A DNA stretch of 37,588 nucleotides from a virus. Lineage: Duplodnaviria > Caudoviricetes. A program made the position numbers and the translations under genes. Below the pieces are notes generated by a model. It did not search any database. It was not told the DNA's origin and worked only from the letters and a program-made list of their open reading frames with translations. Below are positions 9,548 to 19,355 of the stretch, one piece after another (the stretch's first letter is position 1; each line of letters starts with the position of its first letter). The DNA lies in the IMG/VR virus record IMGVR_UViG_3300032280_000155, positions 1 through 37,588 of that record. One strand, written 5' to 3'.

Positions 9548-9775
9548 TTATGAGTTGGCTTTACGCTCTGCACTTAACTTTTCACGGTGCTTTTGGTCAA
9601 ATTTCAGCCATGAAGACGGAAAATCGCCCGACCACCCTTCCAAGTTAACTGAAGGTGCGCTAATAACACGGTGGGCAAGCCCTCCGCATGTACACTGAAT
9701 ACTGGCTGTCTCATAATCAGTCAGTGACTCAGTGCGTTGTCCACAATCGCAGACAAATTCATAAATTCTTTTCAT
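9548..9775 (-). CDS. FmdB-like zinc-ribbon protein
   Basis: IYEFVCDCG...CTCGG..HRVISAP motif. Confidence 0.7.
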   Translation of the reverse strand: MKRIYEFVCDCGQRTESLTDYETASIQCTCGGLAHRVISAPSVNLEGWSGDFPSSWLKFDQKHREKLSAERKANS

Positions 9776-10004
9776 TCAAGTCCTCGTATGCTCTTTCGCT
9801 AACCCCCTTAAGGGTTTTTAGCCAAATAAGGATAGAAATCTCGCCTTTGCGGAATTGTAAACTTTTTTCATCAAGAATAGTAGAAACATTATTTAATGGA
9901 ATAAGCATGTTGTCAACATCTTCCATCAAGTCAGTCCATCCTTGGCGTGAGAACAAGTCAAACCGATTTTCGTAGTACTTTTGCAAATCTGAATCAAGTG
10001 GCAT
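9759..10004 (-). CDS. Conserved small head-module protein
   Basis: 81-aa helical ORF with LQFRKGE motif; AGGA RBS. Confidence 0.65.
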   Translation of the reverse strand: MPLDSDLQKYYENRFDLFSRQGWTDLMEDVDNMLIPLNNVSTILDEKSLQFRKGEISILIWLKTLKGVSERAYEDLNEKNL

Positions 10005-10012
10005 AGTTTTTC

Positions 10013-10351
10013 CTAAAAATGATCGCCGCTAGGATCGAAGGGGTCAAGCAATGGTTCAAACCATTTTGCTACAGACAAACGCCAACCTGTGCTTTGGTTT
10101 TTGTGGCGTTTAAGCCTTGCGGTTACGGTAAATTCTTTTGGCATTTCCAGCATAACAAATGTCATTACAAATATATTGACAAGAATGTCAAGTAGATAAC
10201 CAAGGATAAACACCGGATAGCCAAGCGCTAAAGCTAGGGGCGATAGCAAGCCAGCGTCTTTTACGCGCTTTAGGTTCATAACGGCTAAGTACAGCACCCA
10301 TAACAAATAAAAACTGCCAAGGGCAATTAAGGGGATGTAAAGCGCAATCAT
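10013..10351 (-). CDS. Hypothetical membrane protein
   Basis: Two hydrophobic segments; ATGA overlap with the upstream stop. Confidence 0.7.
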   Translation of the reverse strand: MIALYIPLIALGSFYLLWVLYLAVMNLKRVKDAGLLSPLALALGYPVFILGYLLDILVNIFVMTFVMLEMPKEFTVTARLKRHKNQSTGWRLSVAKWFEPLLDPFDPSGDHF

Positions 10352-10995
10352 GGTGCATCAGCCGGTAAAACCGTGTCGCCCTCTGCCAGCCACTTTAATG
10401 GTTTCATTGCTCGTTCCATAGGCCATCCAGCCTTAATCCGTGTTCGTAAAGTTGTTGGACGCATACCGAATTCCTTTTCCCATTGCGAACGAGTTTGGCG
10501 TTTACCATCCCATTCAATAAAAATGTTAGCCCGTGTATTGTTTGCTTGCTGTTCACGAGTAGCCCAACGGCAGTTAGCCTTATGGTAATTGCCATTGAAG
10601 TCTATGCGGTCAAGACTAAGACCATCTGGCACTTCTCCCATGTCTTCCAAGAAGTTCTCAAAAGCATCCCAACGTTCATCATAAGTAATTCCACGGCAAG
10701 AATAGTCTTGATTGATGCGATTACAGCGATTACGCATTGCTTCCCACAATTTATATGTGCGGGTTTTGCTCATGCCATGCGTGATGTTTGACTTGGCTAT
10801 ACGCTTTGTATGTTCACATCCACACGAACTAATCTTGCCTTGAACCATATCAGTAGCAGGAATGTTCTTTTGAGTACCGCAATCACATAGGCACAGCCAC
10901 CAAGCACCATTGTGCTGGCGTTGCTTCTCACCTAACTGCAAAACAGTCAGGCTACCAAAGCGAAAGCCTTGTAGGTTATTAAGAGGTTTGCCCAT
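10348..10995 (-). mobile_element. Free-standing HNH (His-Me finger) homing endonuclease gene
   Basis: WLCLCDCG/SCGC zinc motifs, SLDRIDFNGNYHKANCRWAT core, C-terminal HTH-like segment; GAGGA RBS before ATG at 10995. Confidence 0.85.
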
Positions 10996-11161
10996 TGGGT
11001 ACTTCCTCGTCTGCGCCATAGACCTTGCCACCTTCGGCTTGGTACTTCAAAAAGTCTTGGTAGTCTGTGTTGTCAGGGTCAAATGGTATGCAAGCACCAT
11101 CGCTTGTGCGGATTACACTATTAGAAACAGAACCGTCTATGTTTTTAGATTGTTTATACAT
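10979..11161 (-). CDS. Small tail-fibre-associated (chaperone-like) protein
   Basis: DGACIPFDPDNTDYQDFLK motif, typical of small proteins following fibre genes. Confidence 0.7.
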   Translation of the reverse strand: MYKQSKNIDGSVSNSVIRTSDGACIPFDPDNTDYQDFLKYQAEGGKVYGADEEVPNGQTS

Positions 11162-11162
11162 T

Positions 11163-13331
11163 TTATAACTCCGCTGAAGCAGTTATGCCAGTAACAGTTA
11201 AAAACGCTATTCCAGCTTTATAAGATGACCAACCATCAACAGTTACATTGGTGTTTGTTGGAATAAAACCTGACACTACTACAGTCGGTGTTGCTCTTTT
11301 TTTAATATAGCCACCACTAACTACATTGTTTGTACCATCACTAGGCACATAAATGCTAAGTGTTTGACTTTCATAATACCTTTGGCAAAGCATCAACTCC
11401 GTCCCATAAGGCCGGTAGTCAAACGATGTGGCTGTGCTGCCTTTTTCAAGCTGTACGCCTGTGATGTAGAAGGTTGCTCCGTTTGTGCCGACTACGCTGG
11501 TTGCGCCTGTGGCTGAAAATGCGTCAGTAGCTCCCCACGCACCAGCAGTTCCAGACAAAGTAGAACCAACACCAAGACCAATAGAAATTAAAATACCAGT
11601 GCCGTTAGTAGTAAGCCAAGTTCCAGATGTATCACCAGCAATTGTGATAGATTTCTGTTCCCATGTGTTTGATGTACTAATTGTGTAAGTAAATGGATAT
11701 GCTCGGTTTCTAGCTGAGTTTTTTAGCGCCCCTCCAAAAGTTCCGGTTAAAGAACTACGCACCCAAAAAGACAATGTAATTGTCGCTGCGGATGCAGTAC
11801 CAAAAGCTAAATCTGCTGTGTTAAAACCTTCAATTGGATGCCACGCCACAAAATAATCAGAAGCGCCAACCGAATAAGCTGAAGAACTAGAAAAACCAAG
11901 ATAGTTTGTAAATCCTACTGGTGGTGTAACAGAACCAAGATTTTGACCCCAAGTAAATTTTAAACTTTGGGATGGCAAATACTGCCATCTGTCCACTGTA
12001 TATACAGATGATCCAGTACCACTCGCCCCAGCGTTCCTCTGGTCGATCACCATTGCGCCGTTGATGATGCGGTTCTTAAAACCGTAGTAGCCAGTGGTTG
12101 TGCCTGTGCCGCCATTCGTTTCTGACAACACACCTGACACACCCGTAGACAAAGGCAGTCCCGTTGCATTGGTTAGCGTTCCGCTTGATGGAGTACCTAA
12201 TGCTCCACCTTGAACAACAATGGTTGAACTTGCATCGGGTAATGTGTATGTTTTTTCAGTTGTAGTCGCACCAGTAAATTTGGTAAACCCATTACCAGTA
12301 CCTCCAAAAGTAGAGGCAATTACTTGAGTTAATGCAGCAGAACCATCAAAACTGTTTCCGTAAATGTTTCTGGCTGTTGTAAGCGTTGCAGCAGAACCTG
12401 TAGTGCTTTGGTTTAGCGTAGGAATATCAGAAGCAACAATAGCGCGGAATGTCGGTACACCCGAAGACCCGTTAGGCGCAGCTAAAACAAAGTTAGCTGT
12501 TTTGCTAGCGTAAGGATTTAGCGTATCGCCGTATGCTGTTGCCAAACTAATAGCTGGTGTTGCTCCACCACTTGATACAACCGGAGAGCTTCCTGTAACC
12601 GAGGTAACAGTGCCTTGGTATTGGTCAGCAGATGAAATTGTGAAGTTAGGGTAAGTGCCCGTAATGGTGGTTGTACCACCTTGCGTCAAAGCTACTGTTT
12701 GATCTGGTGCAGTGTTGGTAACGGTAAAGTTAGGGTAAGTACCAGTAGCACTAATGCCCGTTCCCGATGTCAATGCAACTACTTGGTCAGGTGCTGTATT
12801 TGTAATGTTTAAAGTGCCTGAAGTGGTAATTGGGCTACCAGTAATACTAATGCCAGTACCCGCTGTAGCCGCTACGGATGTAACCGTTCCACTACCTCCA
12901 CCACCACTACCCGCGCCGCCGCTGGTAACAATTTTGATGCGTTCTTCTAAGTCTTGAGAAACCACCTCGCCTACATTGATCGACCGGCCTGTTGACAGAT
13001 CAATAATTAGACTGCCATCAAAGTCAATGTGCGCGTCAGTTACCGATACGCCGTCAGCGCCATCAATGCCGTTTCTACCTGGCTCACCTTGCGGCCCACG
13101 CAGTCCATTAGTGCCATCTCTGCCATTCCTACCGTCTCTACCATCCCGACCGTCTTTACCGTCTTTGCCATTCTTGCCGTCTACGCCGTCTTTGGCTTTT
13201 ACTTTGGCGGTTTGAGCGTTGTACTTTGCAATAAGTTCTTCTTTTAACTTGCTTGTAGTCGCAGCAAAGTCCTCACGCTCTGATTGCGTAAGACCCATGT
13301 CTTTGCTCATTAGTTTGTCAAGAATTCTCAT
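11163..13331 (-). CDS. Collagen-containing fibre protein
   Basis: Gly-X-Y run, NTAPDQ..GTYPNFT repeats, C-terminal FKNRIING...GVQLEKGSTATSFDYRPYGTEL domain. Confidence 0.75.
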   Translation of the reverse strand: MRILDKLMSKDMGLTQSEREDFAATTSKLKEELIAKYNAQTAKVKAKDGVDGKNGKDGKDGRDGRDGRNGRDGTNGLRGPQGEPGRNGIDGADGVSVTDAHIDFDGSLIIDLSTGRSINVGEVVSQDLEERIKIVTSGGAGSGGGGSGTVTSVAATAGTGISITGSPITTSGTLNITNTAPDQVVALTSGTGISATGTYPNFTVTNTAPDQTVALTQGGTTTITGTYPNFTISSADQYQGTVTSVTGSSPVVSSGGATPAISLATAYGDTLNPYASKTANFVLAAPNGSSGVPTFRAIVASDIPTLNQSTTGSAATLTTARNIYGNSFDGSAALTQVIASTFGGTGNGFTKFTGATTTEKTYTLPDASSTIVVQGGALGTPSSGTLTNATGLPLSTGVSGVLSETNGGTGTTTGYYGFKNRIINGAMVIDQRNAGASGTGSSVYTVDRWQYLPSQSLKFTWGQNLGSVTPPVGFTNYLGFSSSSAYSVGASDYFVAWHPIEGFNTADLAFGTASAATITLSFWVRSSLTGTFGGALKNSARNRAYPFTYTISTSNTWEQKSITIAGDTSGTWLTTNGTGILISIGLGVGSTLSGTAGAWGATDAFSATGATSVVGTNGATFYITGVQLEKGSTATSFDYRPYGTELMLCQRYYESQTLSIYVPSDGTNNVVSGGYIKKRATPTVVVSGFIPTNTNVTVDGWSSYKAGIAFLTVTGITASAEL

Positions 13332-13348
13332 AATTACCTTGTAGAACG

Positions 13349-13377
13349 GTTATAGCAAAATTTCTATTCTTTTTCAA
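13349..13377 (-). promoter_or_regulatory. Internal sigma70-type promoter
   Basis: TTGAAA-17 bp-TATAAC upstream of the 722-aa fibre gene. Confidence 0.6.
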
Positions 13378-13419
13378 CAATTTAAAACAATCCAAGGATT
13401 AAGTTTGCGCTACTCTACA

Positions 13420-13749
13420 TCATTCGTAGTTTAGCTCTAAGAAGTTTGTGTTAAATGGCATTACCGTCATATTAAGCTCTGGTTGTTTTTCTCTCATTTG
13501 CCCCAGAACGCCGACTACATAGGGCGAAGCACCATAGCTCTTTTTAAGGCAGTGATATACAGAACCGCTTTTACCGTGGAACAGGATATAGTCACCTTCT
13601 TCTTCAGCTCTAACAATACCTGAGTTCATACGCCATGCGTCACTGTAAAGATAGCCACCACGCCATGAGGCTAGAACTTTGTAATAGACTTTATTGTCAG
13701 TCCCCTCATTAAACTTAACTACAACCCATAGGTCTGGTTTGTGCTCCAT
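13420..13749 (-). CDS. Conserved hypothetical phage protein
   Basis: YKVLASWRGGYLYSDAWRMNSGI motif recognised from phage hypotheticals; AAGGA RBS. Confidence 0.7.
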   Translation of the reverse strand: MEHKPDLWVVVKFNEGTDNKVYYKVLASWRGGYLYSDAWRMNSGIVRAEEEGDYILFHGKSGSVYHCLKKSYGASPYVVGVLGQMREKQPELNMTVMPFNTNFLELNYE

Positions 13750-13772
13750 TTTAGTCTAATCCTTGTTATGTT

Positions 13773-16700
13773 TTAAAGCAATGCGGGGATTAAGTTCGTA
13801 TTATTTTTTACAGAAGTTACAGAAGCTTCTAAAGCTAAACCACTACGGATGCTGGTTTTGTCTGTTTCACTGATAACCGCTGTTTGTTGGGTCCAAGGTG
13901 CGGTTTGCAAAATAATGCCTGAACTATTCTTTTTCACTGGCGTGTAACTTGGATTGGCAATGTAAACAGATGCGGCCACTTGAAAATACAGTGGAATTAA
14001 AACACCTACATTTGTTGTACTGGTCACTGAATCATTTACTTTGGCGAAAAATGCAGGAGACGATATGTAAACGCCACCCGGTATAATATCAAAGCCCGCA
14101 GTAGTTCCAGACAAGATTGATACCTGTGCTGGCAATGAACCATACACCACTGTGTAGTAGTGCAATCCATTTAGCACATCTGCTGGAGAATAAGCGCGTA
14201 AGTCCGCACCTACTGATACGGCAAGCTCTTGTCCAACAAGGGCTGTACTTATCTGTGTTGCAATATAGTTCCTATTAGTAGTACTTAGTGTTGTATCTAC
14301 GTTAGTCTCTGGAATTAATGCTGTGGTAAATGTATTAAAGTCTGAAGCTACAGGATAATACAGCTTTCGTTGATATCCATACGCTACAGCATACACTGCA
14401 AATGTATCTCCTGCTGAAACCTCTACAGTTCTGTCAGTATCCTGCACAACCCAACCCAAATCTACGCCACCGTTTTTAGTAACATAAGTAGACAAAGCAA
14501 GGTTATCAGCTGTTCTAAAGGTGGCTATACCTACAACACGTACTCTAGCACCAGCCGTAAAAAATGGTGAAGTACCAGCTTTAATCACTTTAACTTGAGC
14601 AGTTCCAATGTTACTAATTGTACCTGTAATAGTACTGTTAGTAATGGTTGAGGTATATTCATAAGGATCACTATTGTTGTAACTTAAGTTGCCTGTAATA
14701 GTCATACCAGACAGATCGCCTGGAACAAGTTGTATAACGTTAGCCGTAATAGCTGTATTATTAAATAAAGTAGGGATTGTTACACTACCAATACTAAACA
14801 AAGCACCAGTAATCGTAGTCCCAGCTACAAGACTATTTCCAGTCCAGATTGATAGTGATGTACCATTAAAAACAAACAAGTCACCTGTATCATTTAGCTC
14901 TACAGGATATGAACCTGCGGAAGCGTTAGTACCGGCCTTAGTAATAATCCTTGGGTAAGGCATACCTGCGTTAGTTGTCTCATAATATGCTGAATAGTCG
15001 TACAGCGTATCCATGTTGGGTAAGAACTCATAAGCAATTACTGTAGCTTTGTTAGTTTGAGTAACAAACACATCAATAGATAGAGTTACTGTAACTGTTG
15101 TACTAGCAACAGCTGGTGAGTGAGTGCCTGTCTGTGATGTATACCCATACCGAGCTACCTTCCAAGTCCATACTCCTGTCTGACCCGTAGTGTCTAGTGT
15201 ATAACTTGTTCCACTAGAAGCAACATAAGCAATCTGTGTACCTGCGCCGTTAGCTATATATAATTGTGAGCCAGCTGTTAAGCCATTCAAAGTCAAGGCT
15301 GTAACAGGACGAGTAACGACCCGAGTGCCGACTGTGCCAATAGTACTAGCGCTTGTACTGATCGTGACTGTACCTGCACCTGAGTTGCTAACCGTTCCGC
15401 TAATGTTTGTATTTGTTAAAGTTACAGTGGGCGATGAAGCTGTGTTGTATGTCAAATTACCAGCAATAGAAACACCAGTCAAATTAGTTGGGGTTGCTTG
15501 TGCTACGTTACCAACAATAATTACACCGCTTGAGAGTGTACCGCTTAAAGTTATGTTTGAATCAATGTTACCTGCTGTAATGCCGCCTGTAACAACAAGC
15601 GTATAGCTGCTGTCAAAGACTGCTCCGTTGGTTGTAACAAATGGGTCGGCTTTAGTCAGGTTTGCAACTAAGCTAAGGTTGTCTTGTACTGCTGACCAAA
15701 TCTGTGCGGCTGAGCGACTTTCGCTTACAGTAATAGTTTGAGCAACGTGGTCTACGGCTACGCCGGATACTCCTGAAACATAGATTGGATTGAGATTAGC
15801 ATCAACTACTTGATTTTGTGTAATTGGGATGCTGAGAGCAGTTTTAAGATAAGTGCCTGTTAAACTACTAAATGTCCAGCCAGGATAACGAGCTACTAAA
15901 CGATAAGCCACAGGGACGGCATCGTAGTTATAAGGCATTGGTACAGAACCTGTACTGCTTGTAAGAGTTGTACTGCTCTGCAATGCAGGGTTATTTGGGT
16001 CTGCGTTTAAATAGCCAGCAATTACTGTACCTGTTTGTGCGCCATTAAAACCAATGTCTGTAGTAAACACAGGTGGGTTGTAAGCCGCATCAATAGTAAC
16101 GGGCAGCTTAATGCTCATCAAATAGCGTCCAGCTACCGCCGTTGTACCTGTAACTCTAAATTGCAAGTCAATGCCAACGCTAGAACTATAACCAGTCAGC
16201 GCGGCCCGAGCAGTCTCTAGGCTTGCGTTGTTTGTAAACGCTGTCCATGCGCCTGTGTTCGCCGTACCCCAATTCACCATTCGAAATTCAAAAGTAGTAC
16301 CCGCTGGAACAGGATTGTTACCATCAACAAGGTTGTAGTTAAAGTCGAATGTTGTTCCAGTAAAGTTAGTGATACCCCTTAATGGGTATACAGACTTAAT
16401 TATTGCTGAATCACCGATAGCAGGGTAGTAGATACGACCCAAGTTATCTAAGTACGTACCACCTGTGAAGGTGTACATATCAAAAGCACTCTCAGACGAA
16501 AATGCGCCAACATAAACAGAACCAACCGTCTTAGCTAAATTAGACATAACAACAATTGGTTGTACGTCTGCTAAGTTTGGAATAATTGAGTTTGTTGCAG
16601 TTGTTTGAAAAGACCTATGTGGTCCAGCAATTACATCCAGACCTAAACCACCTTTTGCGTTAGCACCTGAGCCTGAAGTAGTAGCCGTAATTGAGTCAAT

Positions 16701-18722
16701 CAACAGCATCCGATGAAAGCCGCCACGGTTGAAAGCCATAGTACCCGGCAACACGCTTGCAACAGTAGTAATACGTGGGTTAGAAACTGAAATATGAGCA
16801 ACAATAGTATCTAGCCCAAGGTCAGAAATAATTGAGTTTAACTGTAGTCCACCGTTAAATGCAGGGTATCCTTTATTGTGAAACACAACGTCTGCACTAC
16901 CTGAGTCAACAGAAAGAAGTGAAGTACGATGAGCAGTTCCACCGCCCCAAAGCTGCATACCTCTAATAGTACTGTCAGTAATACCAACCGCATTAATTGG
17001 AATAAAAGTGTCGGTTGAACTACAAGTGTTTGCATTAGGCAATGAGCTTACATAAATCTCTGTTGTATCCATGTTGTCAAGCACGTTCCAACGAATACTA
17101 CTTCCTGCTGCATAAACACCGCTGACAGGTGTTGTGCACTTTACAGTTTGAAAAGAAACACCTAATAAGTTTGTACCACCCGCAGATGTTGAGCGACCCC
17201 AATGCCTAGAGCGCAAATTGCTCATAGCGGTCAAGCCTTGAACGTTACCAACGGCAATGTTTGAGTAGGAGTTAGCCCCTCCAGGCATGTTATTGCTGAC
17301 GCTTACGTTTTTAATGCTGCCAATACCTAATAGCGCAGAAAACTGTGCCGTAATACCGCCATTTAAAAGGGAGTTTTGGTAACCAGTACCTAAGCCACTA
17401 AGCGAATCAATTTCAAAATTTCCAGCACAGTTACCAGCGTTAAACAAGTAAGCATATCCAATGTCTTTAGCCGTTAAAGCTGCAAACGCACTGAAACCAG
17501 TAACCATTCGCAAACCTAAAGAACAAATCTGCATATCAGCAGTACCAGATGGGCTAAGGTTAATAGATGCGTTGTTGTTTGTACTGGCAGTTGATATCCA
17601 ATAAACGGTTGTACCGATCGGAAAAGATGCTTGTGCTATAGTGCCCGCCGCACCTCTAGCCATACCTGTTGCGCTTACGACTGCGCCCGTACGGGTTGAA
17701 TAAAAAATTCTTTCTACTGTAGAACCGCTAACTAAAAGCAAAGATCCAAATGCGCCATTAGGGTTGAATGTACCGTTAGAAGTTCCGCCAATAGCTGTTG
17801 CTAAAGTAAAAGCTTGCGCCCCTGTACCTGTAATAGCGGTTGCTAAAGTAGTCTGTTGTACAGCAGAGTTAAAGTGGATGTTAGGAATACGAACACGGGC
17901 GCCCGTGGGTATCTTTGTACCGTTAGTACCATCACCCATTCGCACTGCAGTAGTCAGTGGATTAAAGAACAAAACTTTACCAACTTCGCTACTACCGACC
18001 TGTGCAGGAGCAATCAAAGAACCGTTACGAATGATATAACTTGCACCTGCTGTTATTAAACCGCCTGTATAGGTCGTGCCATCCAGTTCTTGAATGGTCG
18101 CAGAGGTAGTAGAAGCAACAGCACTTATAACAAAGTCACGGGTGATGCTTGGCAGTTTAAATGGTTGTCCAATGTTTGCACTAACAAAGTTTGTACCAAT
18201 GCCAGTAACGACACCGCCAGTAGTTACTGCTACAGTTCCAGTAGTAGTGTTAACACCATTAAAACCAAATGTATTAACTGTACCCCCAGTAACATCTTCA
18301 GGGATAGCGTTCCAGATTTCCCATACGTTTGTACCGCTACCAGTCTCAACTTGAATCATTGTTGGGTAGTCAATGTTTACGCCATTAATGTTGTTGGAAG
18401 TAAACAATACTTGGTTGTTTGTACCTGTAGAAGTTCCTACAGTTATCCAGCCGCCACGAGTCTGTAGTACACCGTTCTGCTGAACAAGAAATCCAGCAGC
18501 GCTTGTTCCCTGCTGAAGATAGAATTCTTGCAGGTGCGGAGTAGTAGTGCTGCTGTTACTCACCTCAATACGACCTGTACCGAGAGCTTGAATCAACCTT
18601 GGTTTAATTGACCACTGACTATTAATAGTGAGCGTAACGCCATCCAATACGTTGATGATGTCATCTTGTGCGTAGGTAACCGCCGTAAGGTTGCGGCTTG
18701 TTGTTACGTCAATGGTTGCCAT
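13773..18722 (-). CDS. Very large (1649 aa) Thr/Gly/Ser/Asn-rich virion surface or adhesin-like protein
   Basis: Uninterrupted ORF with beta-helix-like and repeated beta-sandwich-like segments; function inferred from composition only. Confidence 0.65.
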   Translation of the reverse strand: MATIDVTTSRNLTAVTYAQDDIINVLDGVTLTINSQWSIKPRLIQALGTGRIEVSNSSTTTPHLQEFYLQQGTSAAGFLVQQNGVLQTRGGWITVGTSTGTNNQVLFTSNNINGVNIDYPTMIQVETGSGTNVWEIWNAIPEDVTGGTVNTFGFNGVNTTTGTVAVTTGGVVTGIGTNFVSANIGQPFKLPSITRDFVISAVASTTSATIQELDGTTYTGGLITAGASYIIRNGSLIAPAQVGSSEVGKVLFFNPLTTAVRMGDGTNGTKIPTGARVRIPNIHFNSAVQQTTLATAITGTGAQAFTLATAIGGTSNGTFNPNGAFGSLLLVSGSTVERIFYSTRTGAVVSATGMARGAAGTIAQASFPIGTTVYWISTASTNNNASINLSPSGTADMQICSLGLRMVTGFSAFAALTAKDIGYAYLFNAGNCAGNFEIDSLSGLGTGYQNSLLNGGITAQFSALLGIGSIKNVSVSNNMPGGANSYSNIAVGNVQGLTAMSNLRSRHWGRSTSAGGTNLLGVSFQTVKCTTPVSGVYAAGSSIRWNVLDNMDTTEIYVSSLPNANTCSSTDTFIPINAVGITDSTIRGMQLWGGGTAHRTSLLSVDSGSADVVFHNKGYPAFNGGLQLNSIISDLGLDTIVAHISVSNPRITTVASVLPGTMAFNRGGFHRMLLIDSITATTSGSGANAKGGLGLDVIAGPHRSFQTTATNSIIPNLADVQPIVVMSNLAKTVGSVYVGAFSSESAFDMYTFTGGTYLDNLGRIYYPAIGDSAIIKSVYPLRGITNFTGTTFDFNYNLVDGNNPVPAGTTFEFRMVNWGTANTGAWTAFTNNASLETARAALTGYSSSVGIDLQFRVTGTTAVAGRYLMSIKLPVTIDAAYNPPVFTTDIGFNGAQTGTVIAGYLNADPNNPALQSSTTLTSSTGSVPMPYNYDAVPVAYRLVARYPGWTFSSLTGTYLKTALSIPITQNQVVDANLNPIYVSGVSGVAVDHVAQTITVSESRSAAQIWSAVQDNLSLVANLTKADPFVTTNGAVFDSSYTLVVTGGITAGNIDSNITLSGTLSSGVIIVGNVAQATPTNLTGVSIAGNLTYNTASSPTVTLTNTNISGTVSNSGAGTVTISTSASTIGTVGTRVVTRPVTALTLNGLTAGSQLYIANGAGTQIAYVASSGTSYTLDTTGQTGVWTWKVARYGYTSQTGTHSPAVASTTVTVTLSIDVFVTQTNKATVIAYEFLPNMDTLYDYSAYYETTNAGMPYPRIITKAGTNASAGSYPVELNDTGDLFVFNGTSLSIWTGNSLVAGTTITGALFSIGSVTIPTLFNNTAITANVIQLVPGDLSGMTITGNLSYNNSDPYEYTSTITNSTITGTISNIGTAQVKVIKAGTSPFFTAGARVRVVGIATFRTADNLALSTYVTKNGGVDLGWVVQDTDRTVEVSAGDTFAVYAVAYGYQRKLYYPVASDFNTFTTALIPETNVDTTLSTTNRNYIATQISTALVGQELAVSVGADLRAYSPADVLNGLHYYTVVYGSLPAQVSILSGTTAGFDIIPGGVYISSPAFFAKVNDSVTSTTNVGVLIPLYFQVAASVYIANPSYTPVKKNSSGIILQTAPWTQQTAVISETDKTSIRSGLALEASVTSVKNNTNLIPALL

Positions 18723-18731
18723 TTACTGACC

Positions 18732-19355
18732 CTAGTTATAGCTAATGGAAGACAATGTTCCAGAAGTGTAGGTTAAATTTTTGTTCAACAATATTCCAGA
18801 AGGCGTACTTCCAGAAAGCGTAACTCTTGTCAAAATACCCGAGGCGTAAGTAAGAGTCTTGGTTATGCCGTTAGTGTAAACAATGCTAGTTAGCGTACCA
18901 GAAGTGTAATTCAAGGTTAGACCGGCAGAAACCAAGTTTTTGCTAGTTGTTTCAAAAGACTTGGAGACGAACAAAGAAGCTAACTGCGCCGAGTCTTGAG
19001 TCTGCTTTAGGACTGTCAGACCTTGAGAATTGTTCTCAAATAGGTTTAAAGAACCTGCGTCAATCTCTTTCCCGTTAGACAGAACAATCGTTAAATTGCC
19101 ATCGGCTGCAATGTAAGCATCTTTAACCGATACACCGTCTTGGCCGTCTTTACCGTCCTTGCCGTCTTTACCATCCCTACCAACACCGTCTTTCCCATTC
19201 TCGCCAGCAGGCCCACGCTCACCTTGCTCTCCACGCTCGCCTTTAAGCCCCTGAAGGCCGTCTTTACCGTCCAGTGGTACTGGTATAGCCTTTAGGTCAT
19301 TGACGCGCTCACGGAGGGTTTTAAGTTCTTTTGCAAGAACTAGGGCTTTATCCAT
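18732..19355 (-). CDS. Short collagen-containing fibre/adaptor protein
   Basis: Coiled coil, Gly-X-Y run, DGVSVKDAYI..DG.L motif, C-terminal LxYTSGxL repeats. Confidence 0.7.
   Translation of the reverse strand: MDKALVLAKELKTLRERVNDLKAIPVPLDGKDGLQGLKGERGEQGERGPAGENGKDGVGRDGKDGKDGKDGQDGVSVKDAYIAADGNLTIVLSNGKEIDAGSLNLFENNSQGLTVLKQTQDSAQLASLFVSKSFETTSKNLVSAGLTLNYTSGTLTSIVYTNGITKTLTYASGILTRVTLSGSTPSGILLNKNLTYTSGTLSSISYN

Noticed and set aside
10398-11050. Group I intron around the HNH gene
   Set aside because: The whole interval is coding and leaves no room for a recognisable ribozyme core; the upstream gene already has a complete substitute end
11163-18722. Diversity-generating retroelement or invertible fibre system
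   Set aside because: No reverse transcriptase, invertase or template/variable repeat pair seen
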